Source: Octopus bimaculoides (Eukaryota). Taken from it: a stretch of 54,008 nucleotides of DNA. A model generated the notes under the pieces. It saw nothing but the letters and a program-made list of their open reading frames with translations, made no database searches and was not told the origin of the DNA. A program made the position numbers and the translations under genes. Of this stretch, positions 13,031 through 23,928 are shown piece by piece. The stretch spans positions 179,753,775 through 179,807,782 of the forward strand of contig NC_068981.1 of the NCBI RefSeq assembly GCF_001194135.2. Reading direction: 5' to 3'. Every line of letters begins with the position of its first letter. Position 1 is the first letter of the stretch.

Positions 13031-13176
13031 AGGACGGGTTTACTTATTATGGGAGGGCTACAATCAAGAAACCACTGCTTTCAAAAACAAACGTTTAGAG
13101 TGGAGTAAAAACCTAAAGAATTGGTCCCTAGAACAGTGGAAGAATGTTATTTTCTTGGACGAGTCATCCTTTACCT
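13031..13176 (+). mobile_element. Tc1-family transposase fragment (frameshifted)
   Basis: YGRATIKKPLLSKTNV / KRLEWSKNLKNWSLEQWKNVIFLDESSFT matches the Tc1 KPLL...W..VIFSDES motif with the first catalytic Asp. Confidence 0.9.
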
Positions 13177-13240
13177 CGGGCCAACCAACGCCATGTGAGT
13201 GGATTTTGTAGAGGATTTTTGTAGACACTCAGTATATAAA

Positions 13241-13631
13241 CTCTTTTACTTGTTTCAGTCATTTGACTGCGGCCATGCTGGAGCACCGCCTTTAGTCGAG
13301 CAAATAGACCCCAGGACTTATTCTTTGTAAGTTTAGTACTTATGCTATCGGTCGCTTTTGCCGAACCGCTAAGTTACGGAGACGTAAATACACCAGCATC
13401 GGTTGTCAAGCGAAGTTGGGGGGACAATCACAGACACACAAACACACACACACATATATATATATATACCACAGGCTTCTTTCAGTTTCCATCTACCAAA
13501 TCCACTCACAAGGCTTTGTTCGGCCCGAAGCTATCGTAGAAGACACTTGCTCAAGATGCCACGCAGTGGGACTGAACCCAGAACCATGTGGTTGATAAGC
13601 AAGCTACGTACCACACAGCCACTCCTGCGCC
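13241..13631 (-). mobile_element. SINE family A, full length
   Basis: Reverse complement aligns along the whole of 41-405. Confidence 0.95.
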
Positions 13632-14377
13632 TATGTATGCATTTGAATCTGTATCTTTTTGTCTGTCGTCTTCCAACGGATATATGCTAGAAAGCTCGGG
13701 AAAACGTTTCACTAAAAACAAAACTGAAATTAAAGTGACAGGTTTGCTCTCCTTTGAGTATGCAAAGCAACATTGAACTGTTTTGTACACACGTGAAGGA
13801 AGGACTCCTGGTTTTGGCTTTGTTTCTGTCTTTTTTTTTTCTGTTATTTATTTATTTGTTATCCCCGAATTTCTGTTCTGAAGAACTTGCTCTTTGTCTA
13901 AAAGTGCAAAAGCAGGCATCACTGGCGACAGCATCAATCATAATGCTACGAAACGTTACAAACTGAAGATCGCTAATATGTTCCTATAAAGAACAACCAT
14001 GTCTTTATTTTCGATTAAGTTCACATACACACGCGCGCACGTAATTATATACTCACACACATACACACAACGCATATTTCCGCACTCTTCCATACATAGC
14101 TATACACACACTCACATAATCTTCATACTCACACACACGTTTGCCAACACACAAAAACATATGCACACGCCCATACACACATATACACATGCACACAATA
14201 TCCTCACATATGCATACATGATAGCGTACACACGCTTTAGCCAAGTTGTGGGTATCTCCCTTGTTTCCAAACCCTTCCTTCCGATCAAATCAACATTTGC
14301 AACCATTAATCAGAACACGTTTTGTTTCCCTTTCTTGTTTTAACTTTTTCCATCTATTTTCCCTATCCCATTACAAT

Positions 14378-14491
14378 AGGCGCAGACGTGGCTGTGTGGT
14401 AAGAAGCTTGCTTCCCAACCACATGGTTCCGAGTTCAGTCTCACTGCGTGGAACCTTGGGCAAGTGTCTTCTACTATAGCCTCGAGCCGAC
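14378..14491 (+). mobile_element. SINE family A, 5' part
   Basis: GGCGCAGACGTGGCTGTGTGGTAAGAAGC...GGCAAGTGTCTTCTACTATAGCC. Confidence 0.9.
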
Positions 14492-14565
14492 TATGTATGT
14501 ATGTATGTATGTATAAACTGATATGCAGTACTGTCAACTCTGTATACATCTAACTACATTTATCC

Positions 14566-15060
14566 ACGTGAAGGCGCGTCGCCAAGTGATTAACCCATTA
14601 CCTCCCATAATTCTATTAAATTGAATTTTTTTTAATGAAACTTTGATTTCTAGCATAAAACAGTTTTAGAAACACGCTGGAATGATCAAAATAATATTTT
14701 AAATAGAAATAAGCGAGATATTGGGTGAAAAATTAGCAAAGCTCATTTGAATATCAGAGAAATATACCTAGTAGATATAGCAAAAAGGTGAGATATGTGT
14801 AAATATTGACAGATAATTACGAAATTTGTATGTTTTAAGTGATCTCATATAAGATCACTGGTAGGTAATGGGTTAAGGTGTTGCACTGAAGATCTCAAGT
14901 TCATGGTTCCTATTCCCAGTCCGAGCAGTACGCTGTGTTCTGCAGCTAAACATTGAATTCCATGTTACTATGCGATCACATCAGCATCCGGCGAGTGGAT
15001 CCCCATGTAACTGCACAGGCAATGTCTATTTGATGGAGGGAGTGGGCGAGTCGTCTTTCT
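14566..15060 (+). mobile_element. old tRNA-derived SINE related to family D, split by a piggyBac-type MITE
   Basis: Removing 14594-14876 rejoins GAAGGCGCGTCGCCAAGTGATTAAGGTGTTGCACT...GGTTCCTATTCCCAG, a tRNA-like head similar to family D; the 3' boundary is uncertain. Confidence 0.6.
14594..14872. mobile_element. piggyBac-type MITE (279 bp)
   Basis: TTAA TSD at 14590-14593 and 14873-14876; TIRs CCCATTACCTCCCA / TGGTAGGTAATGGG (13/14 match). Confidence 0.85.
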
Positions 15061-15342
15061 TGAAGTAAATGGAATGGTATGAAGGCAAAAATGTTTCACA
15101 AGTATTAAATACCAGGGGCTTAACACGATAGCAAAGTACAATTAGCGCAATCTATTGATTGACATGAAAATAATATACCGATTGGCCTATAACAATATGG
15201 ACATTACATATGTACACTGATTCACATATTAATTTTTATACGTTCTCTAAATTATAGATATACGTATATGTGTGCTCACCAGCGTGTTTAGCATATGTTT
15301 CTATAATATATATATGCACACATACACACACACACATATATA

Positions 15343-15551
15343 TTATATTATATTATATTATATTATATCATATCATATCATATCATATCATATCATATCA
15401 TATCATATCATATCATATCATATCATATCATAACATATTATATTATATTATATTATATTATATTATATTATATTATATTATATTATATTATATTATATTA
15501 TATTATATTATATTATATTATATTATATTATATTATATTATATTATATTAC
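15343..15551. repeat. compound pentanucleotide microsatellite (TATTA)n-(TATCA)n-(TATTA)n
   Basis: Seen directly. Confidence 0.95.
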
Positions 15552-15554
15552 ATA

Positions 15555-15790
15555 TGGCAGCGAGCTGGCAGAAACGATAGCACTCCGGGCGACATGCTTA
15601 GCGGTATTACGTCTGCCGCTACGTTCTGAGTTCAAATTCCGCCGAGGTCGACTTTGCCTTTCATCCTTTCGGGGTCGATTAGATAAGTACCGGTTATGCA
15701 CTGGGGTCGATATAATCGACTTAATCCGTTTGTCTGCCCTTGTTTGTCTCCTCTGTGTGTAGCCCCATGTGGGCAGTAAAAAAATAAGAA
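15555..15790 (+). mobile_element. SINE family B, long-tail variant
   Basis: GCGAGCTGGCAGAAACG...GGTCGACTTTGCCTTTCATCCTTTCGGGGTCGAT; same tail as 39843-40072. Confidence 0.92.
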
Positions 15791-15975
15791 ACATTAGCAT
15801 GCCGGGCGATATGCTTAGCGGCATTTCGTCTGCCGTTACGTTCTGAGTTCAAATTTCGCCGGGGACGACTTTGCCTTACATCCTTTCGAGGATCGATAAA
15901 TTAAATACCAATTGCGGAATGGGGTCGATCTAATCGACTTGCATCCTCTAGGCCTTGTGCCTAGAGTAGAAAAGA
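15791..15975 (+). mobile_element. SINE family B, short-tail variant, directly tandem to the previous copy
   Basis: GCTTAGCGGCATTTCGTC...GGCCTTGTGCCTAGAGTAGAAAAG. Confidence 0.9.
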
Positions 15976-16268
15976 AAAAAAATTATTTTAAACATTCACT
16001 ATGTCCATGAGCAGTGAAACAATTAGCAACCCATAAGGATTCATTTAAGCAAGTATCTCAACTCACCTAAAGATGCTTTGAGGCCTATATTGTTCTTTTC
16101 ATAGGGATTATTTAAGACTCACTAACAAATGCTCTCTCTTTCTTTCTCTTACTCTCTTTCACACATACCATTCTCTTTCTTTCCTATCACTCCCACGCTA
16201 CGTATTAATGTACCTGTGTATGTATATATACATACATAATACCTACATACACACACACATATATACAT

Positions 16269-16335
<67 letters not shown>

Positions 16336-17420
16336 CACACACACAGACATATATATAAGCATTGAAGAATGTGTTCTATTTATTTGCAATGCCATTCCGT
16401 GAATGAGCGTGCTTGATGTTTGTGTTTTTGCATGTGAAAACNNNNNNNNNNNNNNNNNNNNNNNNNNNNNNNNNNNNNNNNNNNNNNNNNNNNNNNNNNN
16501 NNNNNNNNNNNNNNNNNNNNNNNNNNNNNNNNNNNNNNNNNNNNNNNNNNNNNNNNNNNNNNNNNNNNNNNNNNNNNNNNNNNNNNNNNNNNNNNNNNNN
16601 NNNNNNNNNNNNNNNNNNNNNNNNNNNNNNNNNNNNNNNNNNNNNNNNNNNNNNNNNNNNNNNNNNNNNNNNNNNNNNNNNNNNNNNNNNNNNNNNNNNN
16701 NNNNNNNNNNNNNNNNNNNNNNNNNNNNNNNNNNNNNNNNNNNNNNNNNNNNNNNNNNNNNNNNNNNNNNNNNNNNNNNNNNNNNNNNNNNNNNNNNNNN
16801 NNNNNNNNNNNNNNNNNNNNNNNNNNNNNNNNNNNNNNNNNNNNNNNNNNNNNNNNNNNNNNNNNNNNNNNNNNNNNNNNNNNNNNNNNNNNNNNNNNNN
16901 NNNNNNNNNNNNNNNNNNNNNNNNNNNNNNNNNNNNNNNNNNNNNNNNNNNNNNNNNNNNNNNNNNNNNNNNNNNNNNNNNNNNNNNNNNNNNNNNNNNN
17001 NNNNNNNNNNNNNNNNNNNNNNNNNNNNNNNNNNNNNNNNNNNNNNNNNNNNNNNNNNNNNNNNNNNNNNNNNNNNNNNNNNNNNNNNNNNNNNNNNNNN
17101 NNNNNNNNNNNNNNNNNNNNNNNNNNNNNNNNNNNNNNNNNNNNNNNNNNNNNNNNNNNNNNNNNNNNNNNNNNNNNNNNNNNNNNNNNNNNNNNNNNNN
17201 NNNTATATATATATACGTATATATATATATATACGTATATATATAGAGTGCGAAACAAAGAGAAAACAGAGAGAGTGGGGGTGGAATCAGACAATTTCGA
17301 TGGATTTCTTTCATTTTAGTTTAGAATTTTGAGGAACAGAGACAGAGTCATTGAGGGGGCGTTAAGATGTGTGTGTGTGTATGTATGTTTGTGTGTGTTT
17401 GTGTGTGTGTGTGTGTGCAT

Positions 17421-17472
<52 letters not shown>

Positions 17473-17976
17473 ATGTGAAAGGAAGAGGAGGGTGAGGCGT
17501 AGGGAAATCGATAAGAGCAAAGTTATTGGAGTGTGCAAGGCAACTTCGACAATATTGTGTGACACAATGGAGAGTGTACAGACGCCAATACCAATCATAG
17601 CAAGTTATTAAAGATAAATGTTCAGCTCGCTTTATCTTGGCGTTGATGTTTTTGTTGTTGTTGTTGTTGTTGTTATTGTTATTGTTACCGTCGGTGCTGT
17701 AGTTATTATTGGTATTATTAGCTTTCATTCTTGTAGATTTTTTTGTTTTGTTTACGTTGTTTTTTTTTTTCGTGGGTTTTATTTTTTGGGGTGATTTTTA
17801 AAATTTTTTTTTATTTTTATTTTTATTTTTATTTATTTATTTATTTATTTTTTCGATCAAGTCAATTGGTTATACAGGTAATCTCAGTTTAGATCCGCTG
17901 ACGTAGCTCTACTTATGATGAAGTGAATGCAACTTGGTATAAATATAAATATTTTCATATGTTGATACGAGTGACA

Positions 17977-18039
<63 letters not shown>

Positions 18040-18993
18040 AAATACAAATAAATGATAAATATTAGACACGAAAAAATTTGTAAATAAATTGCATTTCATG
18101 TACATACACATATATGTGCATATATATGCGTCTATANNNNNNNNNNNNNNNNNNNNNNNNNNNNNNNNNNNNNNNNNNNNNNNNNNNNNNNNNNNNNNNN
18201 NNNNNNNNNNNNNNNNNNNNNNNNNNNNNNNNNNNNNNNNNNNNNNNNNNNNNNNNNNNNNNNNNNNNNNNNNNNNNNNNNNNNNNNNNNNNNNNNNNNN
18301 NNNNNNNNNNNNNNNNNNNNNNNNNNNNNNNNNNNNNNNNNNNNNNNNNNNNNNNNNNNNNNNNNNNNNNNNNNNNNNNNNNNNNNNNNNNNNNNNNNNN
18401 NNNNNNNNNNNNNNNNNNNNNNNNNNNNNNNNNNNNNNNNNNNNNNNNNNNNNNNNNNNNNNNNNNNNNNNNNNNNNNNNNNNNNNNNNNNNNNNNNNNN
18501 NNNNNNNNNNNNNNNNNNNNNNNNNNNNNNNNNNNNNNNNNNNNNNNNNNNNNNNNNNNNNNNNNNNNNNNNNNNNNNNNNNNNNNNNNNNNNNNNNNNN
18601 NNNNNNNNNNNNNNNNNNNNNNNNNNNNNNNNNNNNNNNNNNNNNNNNNNNNNNNNNNNNNNNNNNNNNNNNNNNNNNNNNNNNNNNNNNNNNNNNNNNN
18701 NNNNNNNNNNNNNNNNNNNNNNNNNNNNNNNNNNNNNNNNNNNNNNNNNNNNNNNNNNNNNNNNNNNNNNNNNNNNNNNNNNNNNNNNNNNNNNNNNNNN
18801 NNNNNNNNNNNNNNNNNNNNNNNNNNNNNNNNNNNNNNNNNNNNNNNNNNNNNNNNNNNNNNNNNNNNNNNNNNNNNNNNNNNNNNNNNNNNNNNNNNNN
18901 NNNNNNNNNNNNNNNNNNNNNNNNNNNNNNNNNNNNNNNNNNNNNNNNNNNNNNNNNNNNNNNNNNNNNNNNNNNNNNNNNNNNNNNNNNNNN

Positions 18994-19027
<34 letters not shown>

Positions 19028-19361
19028 CACATCTACATGTATGTATGCATTACGCAATATATCTATATGTGTACATGTAACATATGTATATCTATACATA
19101 CATATACACGCAGACACATACAGAGTTCGGATCACAAACATAAGAAACTGTACTTAACATATTTCGTGGTGGTTAAATAGTTATATTAACAGATTGACTC
19201 AGATTTGCTATATTAAATGTTTCACAGATTCAAAAACAGTCGCCAATTACTCCTTTTCACCGCCAGTGTGTATAACTTTAGGCTCTTACTATCATGAAAA
19301 CGAACAACTTAACCGCTAGGGCAATATAATATAATACATAGATACATATTATATATATCGA

Positions 19362-19700
19362 GAGAGGAGCCCTCCTTTGGTCATGAAAGACCATGGGATT
19401 GCACCTAGAAAGTTACCCTCCGAGGCACAAGTCCCGGCAAGGTTGTTTGTGGAAGGCAGCAGTTGCCCATGCATACCAGCCTCCCCTCTCCACACCACTG
19501 ATGTTATCCAAGGGAAAGGCAAAGGCCGATACAGCTCGGCACCAGTGATGTCGCAACTCATTTCTACAGCTGAGTTAACTGGAGCAACGTGAAATAAAGT
19601 GTCTTGCTCAAGAACACAACACGCAGCCCGGTCCGGGAATCGAACTCACAACCTCACGGTCGTAAGCTTGACGCTCTAACCACTGAGCCATGCGCCTTCA
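19362..19700 (-). mobile_element. SINE family D (tRNA head, CORE-like centre)
   Basis: Reverse complement: box A TGGCTCAGTGG, box B GAGTTCGATTCC, then TCTTGAGCAAGACACTT...CAGCTGTAGAAATG (CORE-like); no tRNA acceptor stem. Confidence 0.85.
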
Positions 19701-20332
19701 TNNNNNNNNNNNNNNNNNNNNNNNNNNNNNNNNNNNNNNNNNNNNNNNNNNNNNNNNNNNNNNNNNNNNNNNNNNNNNNNNNNNNNNNNNNNNNNNNNNN
19801 NNNNNNNNNNNNNNNNNNNNNNNNNNNNNNNNNNNNNNNNNNNNNNNNNNNNNNNNNNNNNNNNNNNNNNNNNNNNNNNNNNNNNNNNNNNNNNNNNNNN
19901 NNNNNNNNNNNNNNNNNNNNNNNNNNNNNNNNNNNNNNNNNNNNNNNNNNNNNNNNNNNNNNNNNNNNNNNNNNNNNNNNNNNNNNNNNNNNNNNNNNNN
20001 NNNNNNNNNNNNNNNNNNNNNNNNNNNNNNNNNNNNNNNNNNNNNNNNNNNNNNNNNNNNNNNNNNNNNNNNNNNNNNNNNNNNNNNNNNNNNNNNNNNN
20101 NNNNNNNNNNNNNNNNNNNNNNNNNNNNNNNNNNNNNNNNNNNNNNNNNNNNNNNNNNNNNNNNNNNNNNNNNNNNNNNNNNNNNNNNNNNNNNNNNNNN
20201 NNNNNNNNNNNNNNNNNNNNNNNNNNNNNNNCATACACAGACGCACTATTCCACACACACGCATACAGAGACAGAGAGTGGGAGAGAGAAAGAAAGGGAG
20301 ATGAAATGTCTTTAACATAATTCAATAAAAAG

Positions 20333-20435
20333 TGTTCCCCTGATGATCCATTGTGGTTAAGCATCCACTTGGCCTTGGAACGTCGATTGCAAAGTCCCCG
20401 AATAATCACAACGGTGAACCGTACGCAGGGAAACA
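20333..20435 (+). ncRNA. type I minimal hammerhead ribozyme motif, two inactivating substitutions
   Basis: Helix I UUCCC/GGGAA, CUGAUGA at 20340-20346, helix II CCAUUGUGGUUA/UAAUCACAACGG (11 of 12 paired), then GAAC-C-GUAC-GCA in place of GAAA-C-GUAC-GUA. Confidence 0.65.
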
Positions 20436-20597
20436 TAAATGATCTAAACTTCGTTTATCATACTTTCTCTTACATTTGCTCAATATAATATAGTAGTAAT
20501 ACTACTAACTATAGTAGTTGTTTCCTCCACAATACCAGAACTAGACTCTAATCTCAATAGATTTATATATATATTCTTTTATTGTTTTATACTTTAA

Positions 20598-21043
20598 GAT
20601 GTTGGAGCACCGCCTTAAAGGGTTTTTTAGTCGAAAAAAATCAACACTTGAGCTTATTCTTTGTAAACCTAGTACTTATTCAATCGGTTTATCTTGCCGA
20701 ACAGCTAAGCTACGGGGACGTAAGCACATCAACATCAGTTGCCAAGCGATGGTGGGTGAACAAACATACATAGACACACACAGATATAAATATATACATA
20801 TATATGTAATAATAATAAAAAGTGACAACAAAACAATGAGACCTCGATATTAGCTAAATAGAGGATTATTTATATATGTATAGTTTAGGACAATCAGTAT
20901 ATGCATGTATATATACATACATACATACATACATATATANNNNNNNNNNATATATATATACGACGCCAGCTTTGGTCGACCCGGAGCTATAGTGGGACTG
21001 AACCTGGAATCATATGCTTGGGAAGCAAGCTTTTTTACCACAG
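20598..21043 (-). mobile_element. SINE family A, diverged, interrupted
   Basis: GTTGGAGCACCGCC, CAAGCGATGGTGG and GGGAAGCAAGC...TTACCACA match the reverse complement of family A. Confidence 0.8.
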
Positions 21044-21051
21044 ACAGACAG

Positions 21052-21090
<39 letters not shown>

Positions 21091-21988
21091 TATATATACA
21101 ATATATAGGTAACATATCACTTTTATTGTATTACACGCTACCATACTTCAAACATGCTTACGTATCAAAAGTCAAGCATTCGAGGAAATGATACTTGGGT
21201 TACTCTAAAGTATTTTAATCGTAAACAAAAGACGAAAAAAATAAACGTAATGCGAAATGCTTTCGAAAGGAATTTAAAATCGTGACAATGGAGGATATGA
21301 CATAGGTCAGAAGAAAATAGTTGGTTTAAGAAATATTAAAACGAAGAGACGTGTCCAGGAAGAGAGAGAAAAATGTTTTCCAAAACAGTTGAAAAAGTAT
21401 ATTAATGAAAATATTTATAATAAAATAAAGGAGGGTAGTACAAAACATAGGTGATACAGAGAGGAAAAAATGCATGAGTGAAAATATGGTGAGGGAGCGA
21501 TTTAGATAGGGATTGATGTGAGTGAATGTGTAAGAATTTAACTAAATGAAAAGAAATTAGAAAGTCAGCCAGAAATGAACAAAAAAAGGGCACGATACAC
21601 GAAATAGATAAATAGATCAAGATATTTGAAGTAAAAACCATAAAGAACCCAACAAGACAATATAAATTGAAAGAAACGAATAGATAAATATTATGGCTTA
21701 GAAAAAGTATTGGAGAGAGAAAAAATGCTCTCAAAAGTACATGTTGGTAGAGAAACAGATAAAGAAAGAACGAGTAAAAGAAGGGAAGGAATGTGGATAT
21801 CAGTGAGTTTTAGAAAGTCCAGTGGGAGGGAAAGATAACTAGGTAAGGGAAAATGAAAGTAAACTAAATAAACCATGATTCAGCAACAAATTAATTAATA
21901 GGAAAAAATTATAAAGTGTTCATTGTAGAAATGAACGAAAATAGAAATGTAATGTTAAGGCATGTTAATATCTATTTGTGTATGTGTG

Positions 21989-22028
<40 letters not shown>

Positions 22029-22039
22029 AGAATTTACGA

Positions 22040-22245
22040 AATAAACAACAGACGAAGACCGGTGGTGTAAACAACAAATGGATGTATTAGTGTAATGCTC
22101 GGGAATAGAGAAAGTCTTTAATGTTTCGAGCCTACGCTCTTCAACTGAAAGGAACACAGAAAGAAATAAGGAGAGAAACAAGGAGAGAAGAAAATATAAA
22201 TGTAGTGGTCAGCGATCTATCATGGCGAATGCCGGACAGAAGTAT
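22040..22245 (-). mobile_element. probable Penelope-like element terminal fragment
   Basis: Reverse complement has TTGAAGAGCGTAGGCTCGAAACATTAAAG, the (C/T)TGA.GA-hairpin-GAAAC signature typical of PLE ends. Confidence 0.5.
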
Positions 22246-22290
22246 CACACAGGAGAGCTAAGAAAAAGAGGAGATAACAAAGAAGTGGTG

Positions 22291-22351
<61 letters not shown>

Positions 22352-22864
22352 TCAGTGGTGACTCCGGTAACCGGGATGTTTGGTCTAAGCCCGAGTATAG
22401 ATTTAGTAAAGAGAATGTGTATTTGAAAGCTGATTTAATCTCTGCCAACACTGACTTCAAGTATGTAATTGTAGTCAATAACTCGGGCTCCTTTTATTGA
22501 GCCTGGTCGCAGTTCATTTATTTTCGTTCAGCGTCTGGCGGTCATCTTAAAAGTGTCCTGTGTCAAAAATATCATTCGTAGCGGACGCTCTCTCAACATC
22601 TTTCACACGGCCTCAGAAGTATAACCCGAGTGGTTATCTATAATCGTAAAAATTAAAAGTAACTCATATTCAATGTTTTCTTGAAACAATAAATTTCTAT
22701 AGTGATTGGGATTTAAATTCTAATTCTATGAAAAGTTGCCATTCTACAATATTCTTAAAGGGACAAAAACTTATCGAGCAACTCGGACTAATACGGACGA
22801 TCCTGGTATATATACATATGTTTATCCAGAATTTATATAAAACAAGGAAGAAACTGGAGAAGAG

Positions 22865-23219
22865 ATTCAATTGACAAACATCAGTAAAATTTTATTTACT
22901 ATAATCATAGGAATAAATAAATAAATACAACACCACTCTTACAGCTGTTTCTATTACGGGGATCCAGTATGCTATAGTTGACATATCATACAAGGTAAGG
23001 ACACCATAATGGTAAGGATACAATGGTAAGGATACTTTGTATCCTTACCATTATGGACTTACTGACTCTCTGATGAAGCTTTGGAGTTCAATTTTTGAAT
23101 ATCTCAACTATAGTATACTGGATCCCCGAAATAGAAACAGCTGTAAGAGTGGTGTTGTATTTATTTATTTATTCCTATGATTATAATAAATAAATGTTAC
23201 TGATGTTTGTCAATTGAAT
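22865..23219. repeat. foldback: about 124-bp inverted arms with a nested perfect 20-bp inverted repeat
   Basis: Arms 22865-22988 and 23096-23219 are reverse complements with few mismatches; CCATAATGGTAAGGATACAA (23004-23023) pairs with 23037-23056. Confidence 0.95.
23065..23150 (+). ncRNA. type I minimal hammerhead ribozyme motif, catalytic core intact
   Basis: ACUCU (23065-69) + CUGAUGA (23070-76) ... GAAAC-AGCU-GUA (23134-45) + AGAGU (23146-50); perfect 5-bp helix I, palindromic loop, GUA cleavage triplet; helix II imperfect. Confidence 0.7.
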
Positions 23220-23405
23220 TTTTCCTCTATTTTCTTCCTTGCCTTATATATATATATATACACATATATATACACACGCACACATATATATGTGTGTGTG
23301 TGTGTNNNNNNNNNNNNNNNNNNNNNNNNNNNNNNNNNNNNNNNNNNATATACATACATACACACACATATATATATATATACACATATATATACACACG
23401 CACAC

Positions 23406-23450
<45 letters not shown>

Positions 23451-23696
23451 TGTGTGTCTGTGTGTGTCTGTGTGTGTCTGTGTGTTTACATATATGCATG
23501 AATGTACATGTATATACGCTACTTAAGGGATCATGTGATGCCTGTGGTATTATGAACTTCGAGATTAGATATGAAGAACAGTCACGAACAACTTAAGAAA
23601 TCGTTTGCTATTAAATTGAAAATAAATACAAATTGTGGATTATCCGTCGGTGTCGAGGATGAGCTTTCAGTCGTTCCGCCAAGTGAATAATAGTGG

Positions 23697-23865
23697 ATTC
23701 AAATTTTGGCACAAGGTCAGTAAGTTCGGAGAAGTGTAAGTCGATTACACCGATCCGAGTGCTCATCATATTTTCTGCAGAATTTGAACTTAAAACATAG
23801 GGACGGACGAAATGCCGCTAAGCATTTTGACCGGCATACTAACGGTTCTGCCAGTTAGCCACCTT
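23697..23865 (-). mobile_element. SINE family B, internally deleted
   Basis: GAATTTGAACTT...GCCGCTAAGCATTTT...CTGCCAGTTAGCCACC. Confidence 0.8.
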
Positions 23866-23928
23866 ACAGCAAGTGAATAATTATAAAATGCCAGTTAGCC
23901 ACCTTACAGCAAGTGAATAATTATAAAA
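23849..23928. repeat. perfect 40-bp tandem duplication spanning the SINE head and flank
   Basis: TGCCAGTTAGCCACCTTACAGCAAGTGAATAATTATAAAA twice. Confidence 0.95.

Noticed and set aside
19625-19700. tRNA genes at SINE heads (also 31414 and 49035)
   Set aside because: Box A and box B are present, but there is no acceptor stem and each continues into a multi-copy SINE body.
21250-21900. Purine-rich tract with long open stretches
   Set aside because: The low stop frequency follows from T depletion on this strand; no motif recognised.
23248-23430. About 55-bp direct repeat on both sides of a 42-N gap
   Set aside because: Most likely an unmerged contig overlap (assembly artefact).
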